DNA of 64,000 nt, taken from positions 32,001 through 96,000 of IMG/VR virus record IMGVR_UViG_3300027792_000013. One strand, 5' to 3'. Of the stretch, positions 30,874 through 40,212 are shown piece after piece. The notes under the pieces were generated by a model. The model was not told where the DNA came from. It was given only the letters and a program-made list of their open reading frames with translations, and searched no databases. This DNA is from a virus. Positions within the stretch are counted from its first letter, which is position 1, and each line of letters begins with the position of its first letter. Made by a program: the position numbers and the translations under genes.

Positions 30874-31254
30874 CTAATAATACTCTTTTAGTGATCCATT
30901 TTCATTATCTTCTGATATTTCAATTTTAATTTTTCTTTTAGGAAATTTGGTGGAAATTTTTTTATAAAAAAAATCAGATATTGCCTCACAAGATTTGTTA
31001 TTAAGATTCTTATTTTTTATTAAAGATTCTACGAAACTTTTGAATAAAAAGAACTCTATATCACGATCATTGTGGAAAACTTCTATCCATATTTTTACAT
31101 AAAAAATATGACGGTGGATATTTTTTAAAAATTTTACTTCTGGTGGGGCATCTGTATATCGATGAAACCCAACAAAATTAGTAGTAATCCATATAAAACT
31201 ATTCATTCTATTTCTTAATGTAATGTAAAAATTCTTCTTTTGTACTAATATCAA
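30874..31254 (-). CDS. dpdL: QueD-like T-fold protein, DpdL-like (CDG decarboxylase); likely start MNSFIW at 31206
   Basis: LKNIHRHIF matches LxxxHRHxF; HNDRDIEF; SCE; SEDNENG. Confidence 0.75.
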   Translation of the reverse strand: MILVQKKNFYITLRNRMNSFIWITTNFVGFHRYTDAPPEVKFLKNIHRHIFYVKIWIEVFHNDRDIEFFLFKSFVESLIKNKNLNNKSCEAISDFFYKKISTKFPKRKIKIEISEDNENGSLKEYY

Positions 31255-31822
31255 GAAAACAGCCTTTTAATGAAGTAGTTATCATCCAGGCATTCGGTTC
31301 TTGAATTCCTCTGATCTGCATGCAACCATGTTGAGCTTTAATATAAACTCCACATCCTACCGGTTGAAGTTTTTCATCAATGAACTCCGATATTTGTTCC
31401 GTTAATTCTTCTTGAATTTGTGGTCTTTTGGTAAACCAATCAACAATTCGAGCCAGCTTAGAAATGCCAGTAATTAGCTTATTGGGAATGTATCCTATAT
31501 AAGCCTCACCAACAAATGGGACAAAATGATGAGAACATAATGAATTTACGCGAATTGGACCCAAAACAATCATAGAGTTAATCTGTTTGGTATTGACGAA
31601 AAATGTTATCTTTGGAGACGGTTCATAACAGCCTTTTAAAAGTTCCCTAACATACATTTTGGCAATTCTTTTAGGGGTTTCGTTTAAATTTTGATCTAAA
31701 TTCATATCAAATCCCAAGATCTTTAAAATTGATATAAAATGAGTTTGTACTTCGTCTTCCATGATTTTCAATTCAGATTCCGTTTTTATCTTATTGTCAT
31801 TCGCAATTCCTAGTCCTGGCAT
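31208..31822 (-). CDS. folE: GTP cyclohydrolase I
   Basis: ETPKRIAKMY, SLCSHHFVPF, GISKLAR, RPQIQE, HGCM..RG. Confidence 0.96.
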   Translation of the reverse strand: MPGLGIANDNKIKTESELKIMEDEVQTHFISILKILGFDMNLDQNLNETPKRIAKMYVRELLKGCYEPSPKITFFVNTKQINSMIVLGPIRVNSLCSHHFVPFVGEAYIGYIPNKLITGISKLARIVDWFTKRPQIQEELTEQISEFIDEKLQPVGCGVYIKAQHGCMQIRGIQEPNAWMITTSLKGCFLDISTKEEFLHYIKK

Positions 31823-31881
31823 TTTTACTCCTTCTTTTAAATCAATTTATTGGTCTATTATAATATATTTCATATTTTTAC

Positions 31882-32490
31882 TTAATATAATCTGGCATGT
31901 AAATAAAACTTATCAGCTATATTTGTACTAAGATTCAAAATAACTAGTTTTGTTTCAAATATTAACGTCCAGTTATCAGGTAAATCAGTTCCAAATAATC
32001 CAGAAGATCCAAGAACAAAATTATGTTCTACATAATCTCCTTCACTAGTATTTTTTGGTTGAATTTGATTTATTACATGTTTTTTATCAACTAGTTGAAA
32101 TTCTTCATATCCAATAGAAGCTAGAAAATCTATAATCTCGCTTGAAATAGTTTCCACAGATAAAAATTTTGGTTTTTCTTTTAATTTTCTTAAACACTTA
32201 ATTATTTTAAAATCATAATCTTTAATACCAATTTTTAAATAATAAGGTAAACCATAATTAGTAAATAAATCTATTAGAGGAATACAATTTTTATCGGTTA
32301 TATCGATATTTAATAAACGCAATTGTTTATTACTAATATAACTTTGAAATTTATTTTCATCTTCATCTTCATCATGTTCTATATATTCCTTATTAACAAC
32401 GTTCATAGAAACAACGGTAAACCCCTTCTTTAAATAAAATTCTATATCTTGTTCATTACATCCGATGTCAAAAATTAAATTCTTTCGCAT
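31882..32490 (-). CDS. FkbM-family methyltransferase-like protein, degenerate
   Basis: IFDIG, FYLKKGF.VV, YG.PYYLKI, GSSGLFG.DLP..W; KIDIEG is replaced by KIGIKD. Confidence 0.65.
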   Translation of the reverse strand: MRKNLIFDIGCNEQDIEFYLKKGFTVVSMNVVNKEYIEHDEDEDENKFQSYISNKQLRLLNIDITDKNCIPLIDLFTNYGLPYYLKIGIKDYDFKIIKCLRKLKEKPKFLSVETISSEIIDFLASIGYEEFQLVDKKHVINQIQPKNTSEGDYVEHNFVLGSSGLFGTDLPDNWTLIFETKLVILNLSTNIADKFYLHARLY

Positions 32491-32506
32491 TTATTTTTCC
32501 TCCTTA

Positions 32507-32737
32507 TCACCTTTCAGAAACTTTAGCAAATTTAGCATATTCAGAAAATACAATATCAGTACCATAAAATTCGTTATGTTTATCAATAATTTTAAATATT
32601 CGATTTCCACAAGCTAAAAATGATTTGTTCTCTAAATTTTGACCAGCAAATATATCACTCGTTGGTAATTCTATCAATATATAAACCATTCTTTTGGTTG
32701 TAACTGAAATGTCCTTAGCATATATTATTTGTGTCAT
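32507..32737 (-). CDS. hypothetical protein
   Basis: 76-aa ORF in operon. Confidence 0.55.
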   Translation of the reverse strand: MTQIIYAKDISVTTKRMVYILIELPTSDIFAGQNLENKSFLACGNRIFKIIDKHNEFYGTDIVFSEYAKFAKVSER

Positions 32738-32746
32738 ACTATCTTT

Positions 32747-33490
32747 TTATACTCCTCTTTTATTGCCCCAAAGTAAAACATGAAGTCTTGGGGTAACCCT
32801 GAAATCTGTAGTAAATGCTTTTCTTAGATTGATTTCTTTTAAAACATCAATTAGAAATTTTAGATCTTCTACCATTTGAGTTTGTTCTGTACCCTTTGGC
32901 ATTAGATAGATGCAACATTGTTGTGGGTCCATCAAGTTCCAAAATTTCAACAAATTGTGAATTTTAACTAATTGTTTTGCAATTTTTTCAGGAATTTTTT
33001 CCTGAAGGTTTATAACAAACTTCAAATTAACCGTTTTAATATTAGATAGAGCCACAATATTGGTGAAACAATCTCCGATTTTCTTTATAAATTGTAATTT
33101 TGGAGAAATATTTAAAGTAATTTTTCTTTTATATAGAGGATATTCCATTCGATTAATAAATTCTGTTGGTATAATGGTCCCATTAGTTTCAATTTCAATA
33201 CCGAAGATATATGGTAATAAATAGATTCGATCAATAAACTCCATAAACCCTTGTTGAAGAAATGGTTCGCCCCCCGTAATAACTATATTACGACTACCAA
33301 ATTTTTCAATTTGCATTAGAATTTGCTCAATACTCATTTCCTGAAATTCTTTTGATTTTGACGCAAATTTTGAATCACAAAAATCACAAGAAAGATTACA
33401 GCCAGCGAATCGAATAAATGTTGACAAAACACCAATATTAGGTCCTTCACCTTGAATTCCAACAAAAATTTCACTGACCCACATTTTCAT
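32747..33490 (-). CDS. queE: 7-carboxy-7-deazaguanine synthase
   Basis: EIF.GIQGEG, FIRFAGCNLSCDFCD, TGGEP, ETNGT, ISPK, PRLH..LWG. Confidence 0.95.
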   Translation of the reverse strand: MKMWVSEIFVGIQGEGPNIGVLSTFIRFAGCNLSCDFCDSKFASKSKEFQEMSIEQILMQIEKFGSRNIVITGGEPFLQQGFMEFIDRIYLLPYIFGIEIETNGTIIPTEFINRMEYPLYKRKITLNISPKLQFIKKIGDCFTNIVALSNIKTVNLKFVINLQEKIPEKIAKQLVKIHNLLKFWNLMDPQQCCIYLMPKGTEQTQMVEDLKFLIDVLKEINLRKAFTTDFRVTPRLHVLLWGNKRGV

Positions 33491-33491
33491 T

Positions 33492-34001
33492 TTAGCCTTC
33501 TATGATAATCATATTGTTTTCGGTTTCTGAAAACTCTAATCGATACAACTCAATTGAATTATCTGATTTTATTGTTTCAATAATTTCTGGAATGATTTTT
33601 GAACTAATATGACGAAAAAATATTCGGCCTAAAATTTCAGAGGTTAGACTGTTTGATTCCAAAGGACTAAAGACGATAATCTTTTCTGGATAAATTGAAA
33701 ATTCTTTTTCTTTTTTAGTAACTACCGGTAAAGTTGGAAACATTTGATGTAAAATTGGATCTTCGGAAGATAAAAATAAAGCGTGATCAATAGTTTTAAA
33801 AAAGTCTTTAATGGGCTTCAAATCATTGAAATCTATAATCATTCCAACGTTATTCAAACTCCCACCTAAAAAAATAGATACTACTCCGCTGTGACCATGA
33901 AGATTTCTACACGCACATTCTATATTATAAGCGGTTTTTTTCTGATCATAGATTCGATGAGCATATTCAAATCTATATGTTTTTTTGATTGATGTAGTCA
34001 T
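33492..34001 (-). CDS. queD: 6-carboxy-5,6,7,8-tetrahydropterin synthase
   Basis: AHR, CRNLHGHS (CxxxHGH), GMIIDF, DHA, TSE, ETE. Confidence 0.9.
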   Translation of the reverse strand: MTTSIKKTYRFEYAHRIYDQKKTAYNIECACRNLHGHSGVVSIFLGGSLNNVGMIIDFNDLKPIKDFFKTIDHALFLSSEDPILHQMFPTLPVVTKKEKEFSIYPEKIIVFSPLESNSLTSEILGRIFFRHISSKIIPEIIETIKSDNSIELYRLEFSETENNMIIIEG

Positions 34002-34228
34002 TTCTTTACCTCGATTATTGCAACCCCACCCAGATAATTCAAAGCTACTAAATATTCATGGGATTTGTAGTTAAGAATATAAACATCAGCTGCTAGGTTA
34101 GTACTTCCCATTTCACATAGTTTCGAATATGAAACATCTTTTGTAATGTAATAGGTGTTTAACCCAAACAATAACCCAATCCCTAAAACACCAACCAAAC
34201 ACAAAATTATTGTTTTTTTACATTTCAT
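33998..34228 (-). CDS. small membrane-anchored hypothetical protein
   Basis: N-terminal hydrophobic helix; leaderless start 6 nt after TATAAT. Confidence 0.6.
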   Translation of the reverse strand: MKCKKTIILCLVGVLGIGLLFGLNTYYITKDVSYSKLCEMGSTNLAADVYILNYKSHEYLVALNYLGGVAIIEVKK

Positions 34229-34234
34229 ATCTAT

Positions 34235-34261
34235 ATTATATAATAGATTTGTAAAAAACTT
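34235..34261 (-). promoter_or_regulatory. AAGTT-N16-TATAAT promoter heading the queD-queE operon
   Basis: TAAAGTT, 16 nt, TATAAT. Confidence 0.7.
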
Positions 34262-34938
34262 TAGGATTGTGTAGGTTGAATATTTGTTGAAGTTGTTCTA
34301 AATTCTTGCTTGCAAAATTTTGATCTTTCAATTAGATCTATGTAACTGTAATTCAAATATCTTCCAGATTGCCCATTATTATACCAGAAATATGCTTTGG
34401 CTAAATCCCCATTTGCCTCTTTGAGATATCGCAAAAATATTTCTGCACCTAATTCAATATTGTACTCCACCTCAAAAATTCGATTGATGTCAATATCGAG
34501 TTCATCTTTCCAAACATTGTAGTTAACCTGAGATACACCATATGCAATAGGAAATCCGGAGGAATTTCTAGATACTGCCAGTGGATCAAAAACAGATTCA
34601 ATATGAAGTATTGGCAAAAAATTGTAGGGGTTCAATTTCTTTTTTTGGCATATATCATAGGTGTGTTTCAAAATAGAAGCAAATACTGGAAACCTAGCCT
34701 GGTAACCAAATTCAACAAACTTTAGAAACTCATAATCCCTAGTGTTTTTTTGATAGATTTCAAAATCCATTCGCAAATTTTTGTGTTCGTTTTTTGCGAA
34801 TTCATTAAATGTTTTCAAGGTTGTTTGATACTTTACATAATAAGCACCCGCGACATTTCCTAAAAACATTATAGATATAATCAAAACAAAGTTCAAAATA
34901 ATAGACATTCTCAACCATTGATTCTTTTTGTTTTTCAT
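34261..34938 (-). CDS. lytic transglycosylase (SLT domain) with N-terminal membrane anchor
   Basis: IESVFDPLAVS (catalytic E), AYGVSQV, NIELG, YNNG; hydrophobic residues about 12-33. Confidence 0.87.
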   Translation of the reverse strand: MKNKKNQWLRMSIILNFVLIISIMFLGNVAGAYYVKYQTTLKTFNEFAKNEHKNLRMDFEIYQKNTRDYEFLKFVEFGYQARFPVFASILKHTYDICQKKKLNPYNFLPILHIESVFDPLAVSRNSSGFPIAYGVSQVNYNVWKDELDIDINRIFEVEYNIELGAEIFLRYLKEANGDLAKAYFWYNNGQSGRYLNYSYIDLIERSKFCKQEFRTTSTNIQPTQS

Positions 34939-35360
34939 GTTGACCTCCTACAGAAAACAAATCGGTCGTCGAAAATAGGAATAAATTCATTTTTAATTTT
35001 TTCCCATTTTTCGATCTCATTGTTTTTGAGCATAGGCTCTATAATGAAAATTTGTTTTTTATCTTTTGAAACTTCAAGAAGCTCTTGAAATGATTTTTTG
35101 ATAAGTGAAATGCTATCGTCAATTGAATCGTTACTGGTATATTTGAAAGGAAATACTGCACGATTATGGACAAACTCAAATACTCTGATTTTCTTTTTAA
35201 GTTCTTCTTGGCATAATGAAAACTCATGGGGTTCAATTCCTGGAATTCTAGTCGAAAATTGATTTGTTACTCTTAATTTTCTACCCAAAGGAAAACACAA
35301 AAAAACAACCAATCCATTTTTCATTGTACCATTCAAACTCTTAATACTAACAGTCCTCAT
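34935..35360 (-). CDS. hypothetical protein
   Basis: 141-aa ORF with GGAG RBS and its own promoter. Confidence 0.65.
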   Translation of the reverse strand: MRTVSIKSLNGTMKNGLVVFLCFPLGRKLRVTNQFSTRIPGIEPHEFSLCQEELKKKIRVFEFVHNRAVFPFKYTSNDSIDDSISLIKKSFQELLEVSKDKKQIFIIEPMLKNNEIEKWEKIKNEFIPIFDDRFVFCRRST

Positions 35361-35377
35361 TTTTACTCCAAAGATAA

Positions 35378-35404
35378 ATTATATTGGATTTTAGCAAAAA
35401 ACTT
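35378..35404 (-). promoter_or_regulatory. AAGTT-N16-TATAAT promoter
   Basis: TTAAGTT, 16 nt, TATAAT. Confidence 0.7.
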
Positions 35405-35416
35405 AAAAAAATCAAT

Positions 35417-36007
35417 TTAAAAAATTTTTTCCTTTTTGAAATTTTCATACAACAAATTCAAAGTCCAAATACTATCAACAATATCAGCAAATGGACTCTG
35501 CCCAACTTTCATATTAGTTTTTATAGCGGTTTCTCCGAATTTCTGAACAAAGAATTCATACATCACAACTTTATTTGAATTTCCCTTTCCTGTAGCAAAT
35601 TTTTTTATTGTTGTTGGGGGATATACGGTAACTGGGATATTTCTTACATACAATTCGTATTTGAGAATTCCAGTGGCCTCCGCAATTTTGTAGGAATAAT
35701 TACCCCTAACACCAAACGCGTAGTTTTCAAATGCTGCTACAATATTAGATGTTTTGTATTCAAAATGAAGATGTTCTATTTCACTAATGAAATGACTTGC
35801 TAAATCAGCATAATGTTCAATTGAAGAATAACTATCATTTTGTTTAACAATTCTGAAATCAAAGCTTTGATTTAAAGTCTTTTTTGGTGGATCTTTTGTT
35901 ATCACTAAAGTTTTTATGTTTGATAATTTCATGGGAAGATCTGAAACGATGGATGCCATAGAAGGCGAATTTAGTGAATAATCAAATGCTATTAATAACG
36001 TACTCAT
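35417..36007 (-). CDS. ruvC: RuvC-like Holliday junction resolvase
   Basis: FDYSLNSP, FENYAF, IAEATGILK, IKKFATGKGN..K..M, DIVDS. Confidence 0.88.
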   Translation of the reverse strand: MSTLLIAFDYSLNSPSMASIVSDLPMKLSNIKTLVITKDPPKKTLNQSFDFRIVKQNDSYSSIEHYADLASHFISEIEHLHFEYKTSNIVAAFENYAFGVRGNYSYKIAEATGILKYELYVRNIPVTVYPPTTIKKFATGKGNSNKVVMYEFFVQKFGETAIKTNMKVGQSPFADIVDSIWTLNLLYENFKKEKIF

Positions 36008-36025
36008 TATAGATTTATTAATTGC

Positions 36026-36391
36026 TCATTCCGCATGTAATACATCTGTTGGGCTATCCAATTTTGTAAATCTTGGCCATCCCGGTCGTGGTGTATCAAT
36101 ATATTTGTACTCTCTTTCCATTCTAGACATATCTCTTAATGTAAGTTTTACAACACGAATATTAACAACTGAAACATCTTTCGGGGATGAATTATCCTTT
36201 TCTACAAACATAGCAAATAGTAAAATATCTCCAGGAATAATTTTGGTTCCAAATACGGATTTTTTACCAAGCATTTTCTTCAACTTTTCTTCGGTAACTG
36301 GTTCAGAATTTTTTAATTGTATTGTAAATGCTTTAAATACTTTTGATTTTTTTCTCATAATAAAATCGTCTGGATCTACCCAATGTTCCAT
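36026..36391 (-). CDS. late hypothetical protein
   Basis: AAGGAG RBS; late promoter at 36420-36427. Confidence 0.65.
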   Translation of the reverse strand: MEHWVDPDDFIMRKKSKVFKAFTIQLKNSEPVTEEKLKKMLGKKSVFGTKIIPGDILLFAMFVEKDNSSPKDVSVVNIRVVKLTLRDMSRMEREYKYIDTPRPGWPRFTKLDSPTDVLHAE

Positions 36392-36419
36392 TTTATACTC
36401 CTTTTATTCATCATGTCTT

Positions 36420-36427
36420 TATTTATA
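36420..36427 (-). promoter_or_regulatory. T4-type late promoter TATAAATA
   Basis: Exact consensus, intergenic. Confidence 0.7.
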
Positions 36428-36429
36428 AA

Positions 36430-38556
36430 TCATTTTATTGTTTCAACTGTTGAAAACAAGTCTTTTTGTACTTTCAAAATTTTATCAAATTCTAAGTTAA
36501 AACTTTCTTCCCTATGGGATACCACATAAATAGTTTGACCCAAAGTCGTAAACAATTTCAAAATTTTTACTAGCCCATGTATACCTTCAAGATCTAAACT
36601 ACTATCTAAGACCTCATCGAAAATAAGAAGGTTTATATCACAGCTGCTTTTCATTTTTGCGAAACTTGCGAATGTAAGTAGCAAGGACAAATCCAATCTT
36701 TGTCTTTCTCCTCCACTAAAATTTTCATACTCAACTTCCTCGTTTACTCTAATAAAGATTTTGCAATCCAAAGTTTCGTTAAACAAGACTGAGTACTCAG
36801 TTTCAAATATACTCAAAAATTCATTGACTTTCGTATTTAAAACACTTAAATATTTGTTGATAATATATGATCTTATTCCTCCATCAGACAAGCTTTGTTC
36901 AATAATTTTCAGATACTTCAGAACTTCGTCTTTCTTAGTTAAAGTCGAATTGTGTTCCGTCAATAATTCTCTTTGTTCTTTAAGAAGATTTTCTTGGTTA
37001 TCACTATTCATGACTTGTGGAACCACTGAATTAAATTCTTTTTCTAAACCAGCAATTTGACCTTCGATCCCTGAAATAGCCTTTAAAATTCTCTGTTGTT
37101 CATTTTGTGCTTCTTTTGCTGTCTCTACTGCCTTTTTTATTTCTACAATCTTATCGTTGATAGCATATAATTCATCTTTTTTTGTCTGTATCAGATTTTC
37201 GTTTTTCTGTTTTTCTTCTTTGACTTTTGTGTTTAATTCATTAATGAGTTCATTCAATTTGGTTTCTAGTGCTTCAACCTCCTTTAATTCTGGTTTAATT
37301 TTCTCTGAGTATTCACTAGTAATTTTTTGTATCTCAGATTTTTCTATTGAATTGCATTTTCCTATTTTAACCCGCAGTTTTTGAATCTCTTCGTTGTTTG
37401 CTTTAATTTGTTCCTCTGCTTGTTTTATTTTTTCTGCTTTTAATTCATCAGTAATTTCTTGGAAGCATAAAGGACATTTTGATTTGGTTTCATCACTTTT
37501 GAAAAAATTCAATAGTTTTGTTGGCTCAGCTAAATCTCTTTCCAATAATTTTATTTCTGTAGAATATTGATCAATATCTTTTTTTGTCTCATTTTTGATT
37601 TGGTTTGTATGTTCTTGTTGTTGGTTCCCATATCTTTCAATTTTAAGGTCGAGTTCTGATTTTTTAGTTTTAATGTTTGAAATTTTTTGGTCATATTCTT
37701 GTTTGATTTTTTGATTATAATCATCGTTTTCTAGAGTCATAATCTCATTTTGAAGATTTGTTCTTGAAACCAAAAGAGGTTCAATATTGTTTTCGATTAA
37801 ACTCCGAGATTTTTTCTCTAATTCTTCAAGAGACAATTTAAATCCCAAAAGTTTATCTTTGTTTTCTTCAATTTCTCTTTTAATGATTTCCTTTTTTTTC
37901 TCAGCATTTTGTTTTTGATCTTCGTTATAAGTTGTAATTCGTTTTAATTCTTGTTTGAGCGCTTCAATTTGAATCTCTACCTTTTCTTTTGCTATTTTGG
38001 TTTCCTGAATTTGAGTTCCGATTTTCTTTAGTTTTCCGCTATTAACTTCTTTCAGTTTTGACAAGATATTTAAATCAAATAACTGTTCAATAATTTCTCG
38101 TTTCTGTTGCAAAGGCAGGCGTAAAAATGGAGTAAAATAACTGCTACCCATTGTTATGATTTGTCTAAAGATTTTTTCGTCGAAACCTAAAATTTGGGTC
38201 TCAAGATATTCTTGGTATTCCCTAGCTCCTAACTGTTTTACCATTTCATTGTTTTTATAGATTTCAAAAACAGCTGGTTTTTGTCCCCTAACAATTTTGT
38301 ATTCAATATTATTTTTTGTAAAAATCTGTGTAACCAACAAGTTCTTTCCGGTATATCTATTGGTTAAATTCCCTAATACAATTTTTCTATATGGTTTTCC
38401 GAAAAAAACATAATTTAAGGCATCAACCAAAACTGATTTGCCTTGACCATTTTTACCGGTCATTAAAACCAAGTTGTTTTCTTCTAGATTGAATTCGATA
38501 TCTGAATTCCCATATGATAAAAAATTCTTGAATGTTAATTTACCCAATCTAACCAT
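36430..38556 (-). CDS. gp46: recombination nuclease ATPase subunit (Rad50/SbcC-like)
   Basis: KNFLSYGN, GKNGQGKS, zinc hook CPLC, FSGGE, FDEVLDSSLD, VSH. Confidence 0.95.
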   Translation of the reverse strand: MVRLGKLTFKNFLSYGNSDIEFNLEENNLVLMTGKNGQGKSVLVDALNYVFFGKPYRKIVLGNLTNRYTGKNLLVTQIFTKNNIEYKIVRGQKPAVFEIYKNNEMVKQLGAREYQEYLETQILGFDEKIFRQIITMGSSYFTPFLRLPLQQKREIIEQLFDLNILSKLKEVNSGKLKKIGTQIQETKIAKEKVEIQIEALKQELKRITTYNEDQKQNAEKKKEIIKREIEENKDKLLGFKLSLEELEKKSRSLIENNIEPLLVSRTNLQNEIMTLENDDYNQKIKQEYDQKISNIKTKKSELDLKIERYGNQQQEHTNQIKNETKKDIDQYSTEIKLLERDLAEPTKLLNFFKSDETKSKCPLCFQEITDELKAEKIKQAEEQIKANNEEIQKLRVKIGKCNSIEKSEIQKITSEYSEKIKPELKEVEALETKLNELINELNTKVKEEKQKNENLIQTKKDELYAINDKIVEIKKAVETAKEAQNEQQRILKAISGIEGQIAGLEKEFNSVVPQVMNSDNQENLLKEQRELLTEHNSTLTKKDEVLKYLKIIEQSLSDGGIRSYIINKYLSVLNTKVNEFLSIFETEYSVLFNETLDCKIFIRVNEEVEYENFSGGERQRLDLSLLLTFASFAKMKSSCDINLLIFDEVLDSSLDLEGIHGLVKILKLFTTLGQTIYVVSHREESFNLEFDKILKVQKDLFSTVETIK

Positions 38557-38920
38557 TTTTAACCACCTTGATTCTATAGGATTTTATAGCTGTAAAAAAT
38601 CGATGAAACAAATTTGGTTTTTTTCGTAAAGCTAAAAACTTTAATTGCACATCTGTGATAAGTGGTTCTAACCATTTGTCAATATTGGCTTGATTTGGTA
38701 TGGGCAATTCAATAAAAGCTGAGTCTGTATGATTAATATTATATAGCTCAGCTCTAACAAACTCTAGAAAATCCTTTAATTTATTTTGTTCATCTCTATT
38801 TTTTTCTTTTAACATTAACTGATAATAAGTAGCAAACCATTCCTTGGGATTATATTGTTTCTGTAATAGCCCCATGACAACCATATCATGAAAATGTTTC
38901 ATATAAACTTCAGTTTCCAT
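38549..38920 (-). CDS. hypothetical protein
   Basis: 123-aa ORF between gp47 and gp46. Confidence 0.65.
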   Translation of the reverse strand: METEVYMKHFHDMVVMGLLQKQYNPKEWFATYYQLMLKEKNRDEQNKLKDFLEFVRAELYNINHTDSAFIELPIPNQANIDKWLEPLITDVQLKFLALRKKPNLFHRFFTAIKSYRIKVVKNG

Positions 38921-38929
38921 TTTTTTGCC

Positions 38930-39943
38930 TCACTCAATCAGTGCTTCTTCATGTAATTTCAAAAACATTTGAACGAGAACGTCCTTGTTTATATTTGGAT
39001 CTACAATAGTATCATCAAAATAACATTTTGCCATATCAATTACACTTGAAATTGATTCCAAACTTTTATTTTCAATAACAGCTCTGATATCGGCTTCAAG
39101 TTGAATCTCCTTTAATTCGAAAATATTTTGTTTTTTCAGAGACCCCACAAATGCTTCATATTTTTGTTTATCCGTTATTTTATATTGTACTAGCTTTACT
39201 ATTTTGTTATTAAAATCTTTTTCTAGTACTTTTATCATGTCTTGATCATCATTGTAAATGATTTTTTCGAAAATCTTTATGTTGGTTGGAACGAATTCTA
39301 GTTTACCATTGTCTTCTAAAATATAGTAACCATGTTCATAATCAATTTCTCCCCAATCTAACTCCAGAATAGATCCGACATATAAAATATTGTTTTGTTG
39401 TTGACGTCTGTGCCAATGTCCACTAAATACCATCTCGTATTTAGAGAAGTCATTTTGGGATAATCCTTGTTTTGCTATAATTCCTCTTTGATATTCAAAC
39501 CCAGAGATTTCAAAATGACCAAAACAATAACGAGCACTAGCAAAATTAACGTTGCCCCAACCTAAAAACTGATATTTGTTTGATAGTAATAAATTATTCG
39601 AAACTACAATAAAATGTTTTTGATCTTCACCTAAAATCTTTTTGATAACTAAAGGTGAATTAACATCACTTGTATTTCTATAGAAACAATCATGGTTACC
39701 TACAATTTGTATCCAAGAGACTTTTTTGTCTTTAATTGGTTCTATGATATCAGATATCATTTGCAAAAACGAAGTTGTTTTTATTCCTTTTTTGTCATTA
39801 AACACATCACCAAGTTGGACAATAGTTGTGTCTTTCGTTCTTGGATCTTCCCAAAACTTTTTGAAAAATTGTCCTAACCAATAGTCATGAATATCCGATT
39901 TCCCATAATGTAAATCACCTAAAATAATCATTTGAATCTCCAA
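38930..39943 (-). CDS. gp47: recombination nuclease subunit (Mre11/SbcD-like)
   Basis: GDLHYG, LGDVF, VGNHD, GHFE, SGHWH, YVGS. Confidence 0.94.
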   Translation of the reverse strand: MEIQMIILGDLHYGKSDIHDYWLGQFFKKFWEDPRTKDTTIVQLGDVFNDKKGIKTTSFLQMISDIIEPIKDKKVSWIQIVGNHDCFYRNTSDVNSPLVIKKILGEDQKHFIVVSNNLLLSNKYQFLGWGNVNFASARYCFGHFEISGFEYQRGIIAKQGLSQNDFSKYEMVFSGHWHRRQQQNNILYVGSILELDWGEIDYEHGYYILEDNGKLEFVPTNIKIFEKIIYNDDQDMIKVLEKDFNNKIVKLVQYKITDKQKYEAFVGSLKKQNIFELKEIQLEADIRAVIENKSLESISSVIDMAKCYFDDTIVDPNINKDVLVQMFLKLHEEALIE

Positions 39944-40161
39944 TACTTAACATTTCGATTGATAAACTTTCTGTCCATAGATTCAACCAATCCATCTTTT
40001 TTAAATTTGTTTAAACATTTACATATTTGTTTGTTGATTCTTTTGACATTTCCCGATGTTGAATATTGCTGTAGCCAGGTCAAATATTTCATAGTTAATA
40101 CATGAGTTCTTGTCCACTCAGATGTTAAAGTCGAACAAATAAAATGTCTTATTGTTATCAT
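39928..40161 (-). CDS. small basic hypothetical protein (possible winged helix)
   Basis: 77 aa, L......GLVES pattern, leaderless start. Confidence 0.55.
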   Translation of the reverse strand: MITIRHFICSTLTSEWTRTHVLTMKYLTWLQQYSTSGNVKRINKQICKCLNKFKKDGLVESMDRKFINRNVKYWRFK

Positions 40162-40167
40162 ATTGTT

Positions 40168-40194
40168 ATTATAAATGAAGTCATAAAAAAACTT
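40168..40194 (-). promoter_or_regulatory. AAGTT-N16-TATAAT promoter heading gp47-gp46
   Basis: TAAAGTT, 16 nt, TATAAT. Confidence 0.7.
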
Positions 40195-40212
40195 TAGAAT
40201 GATTTTAAATTT

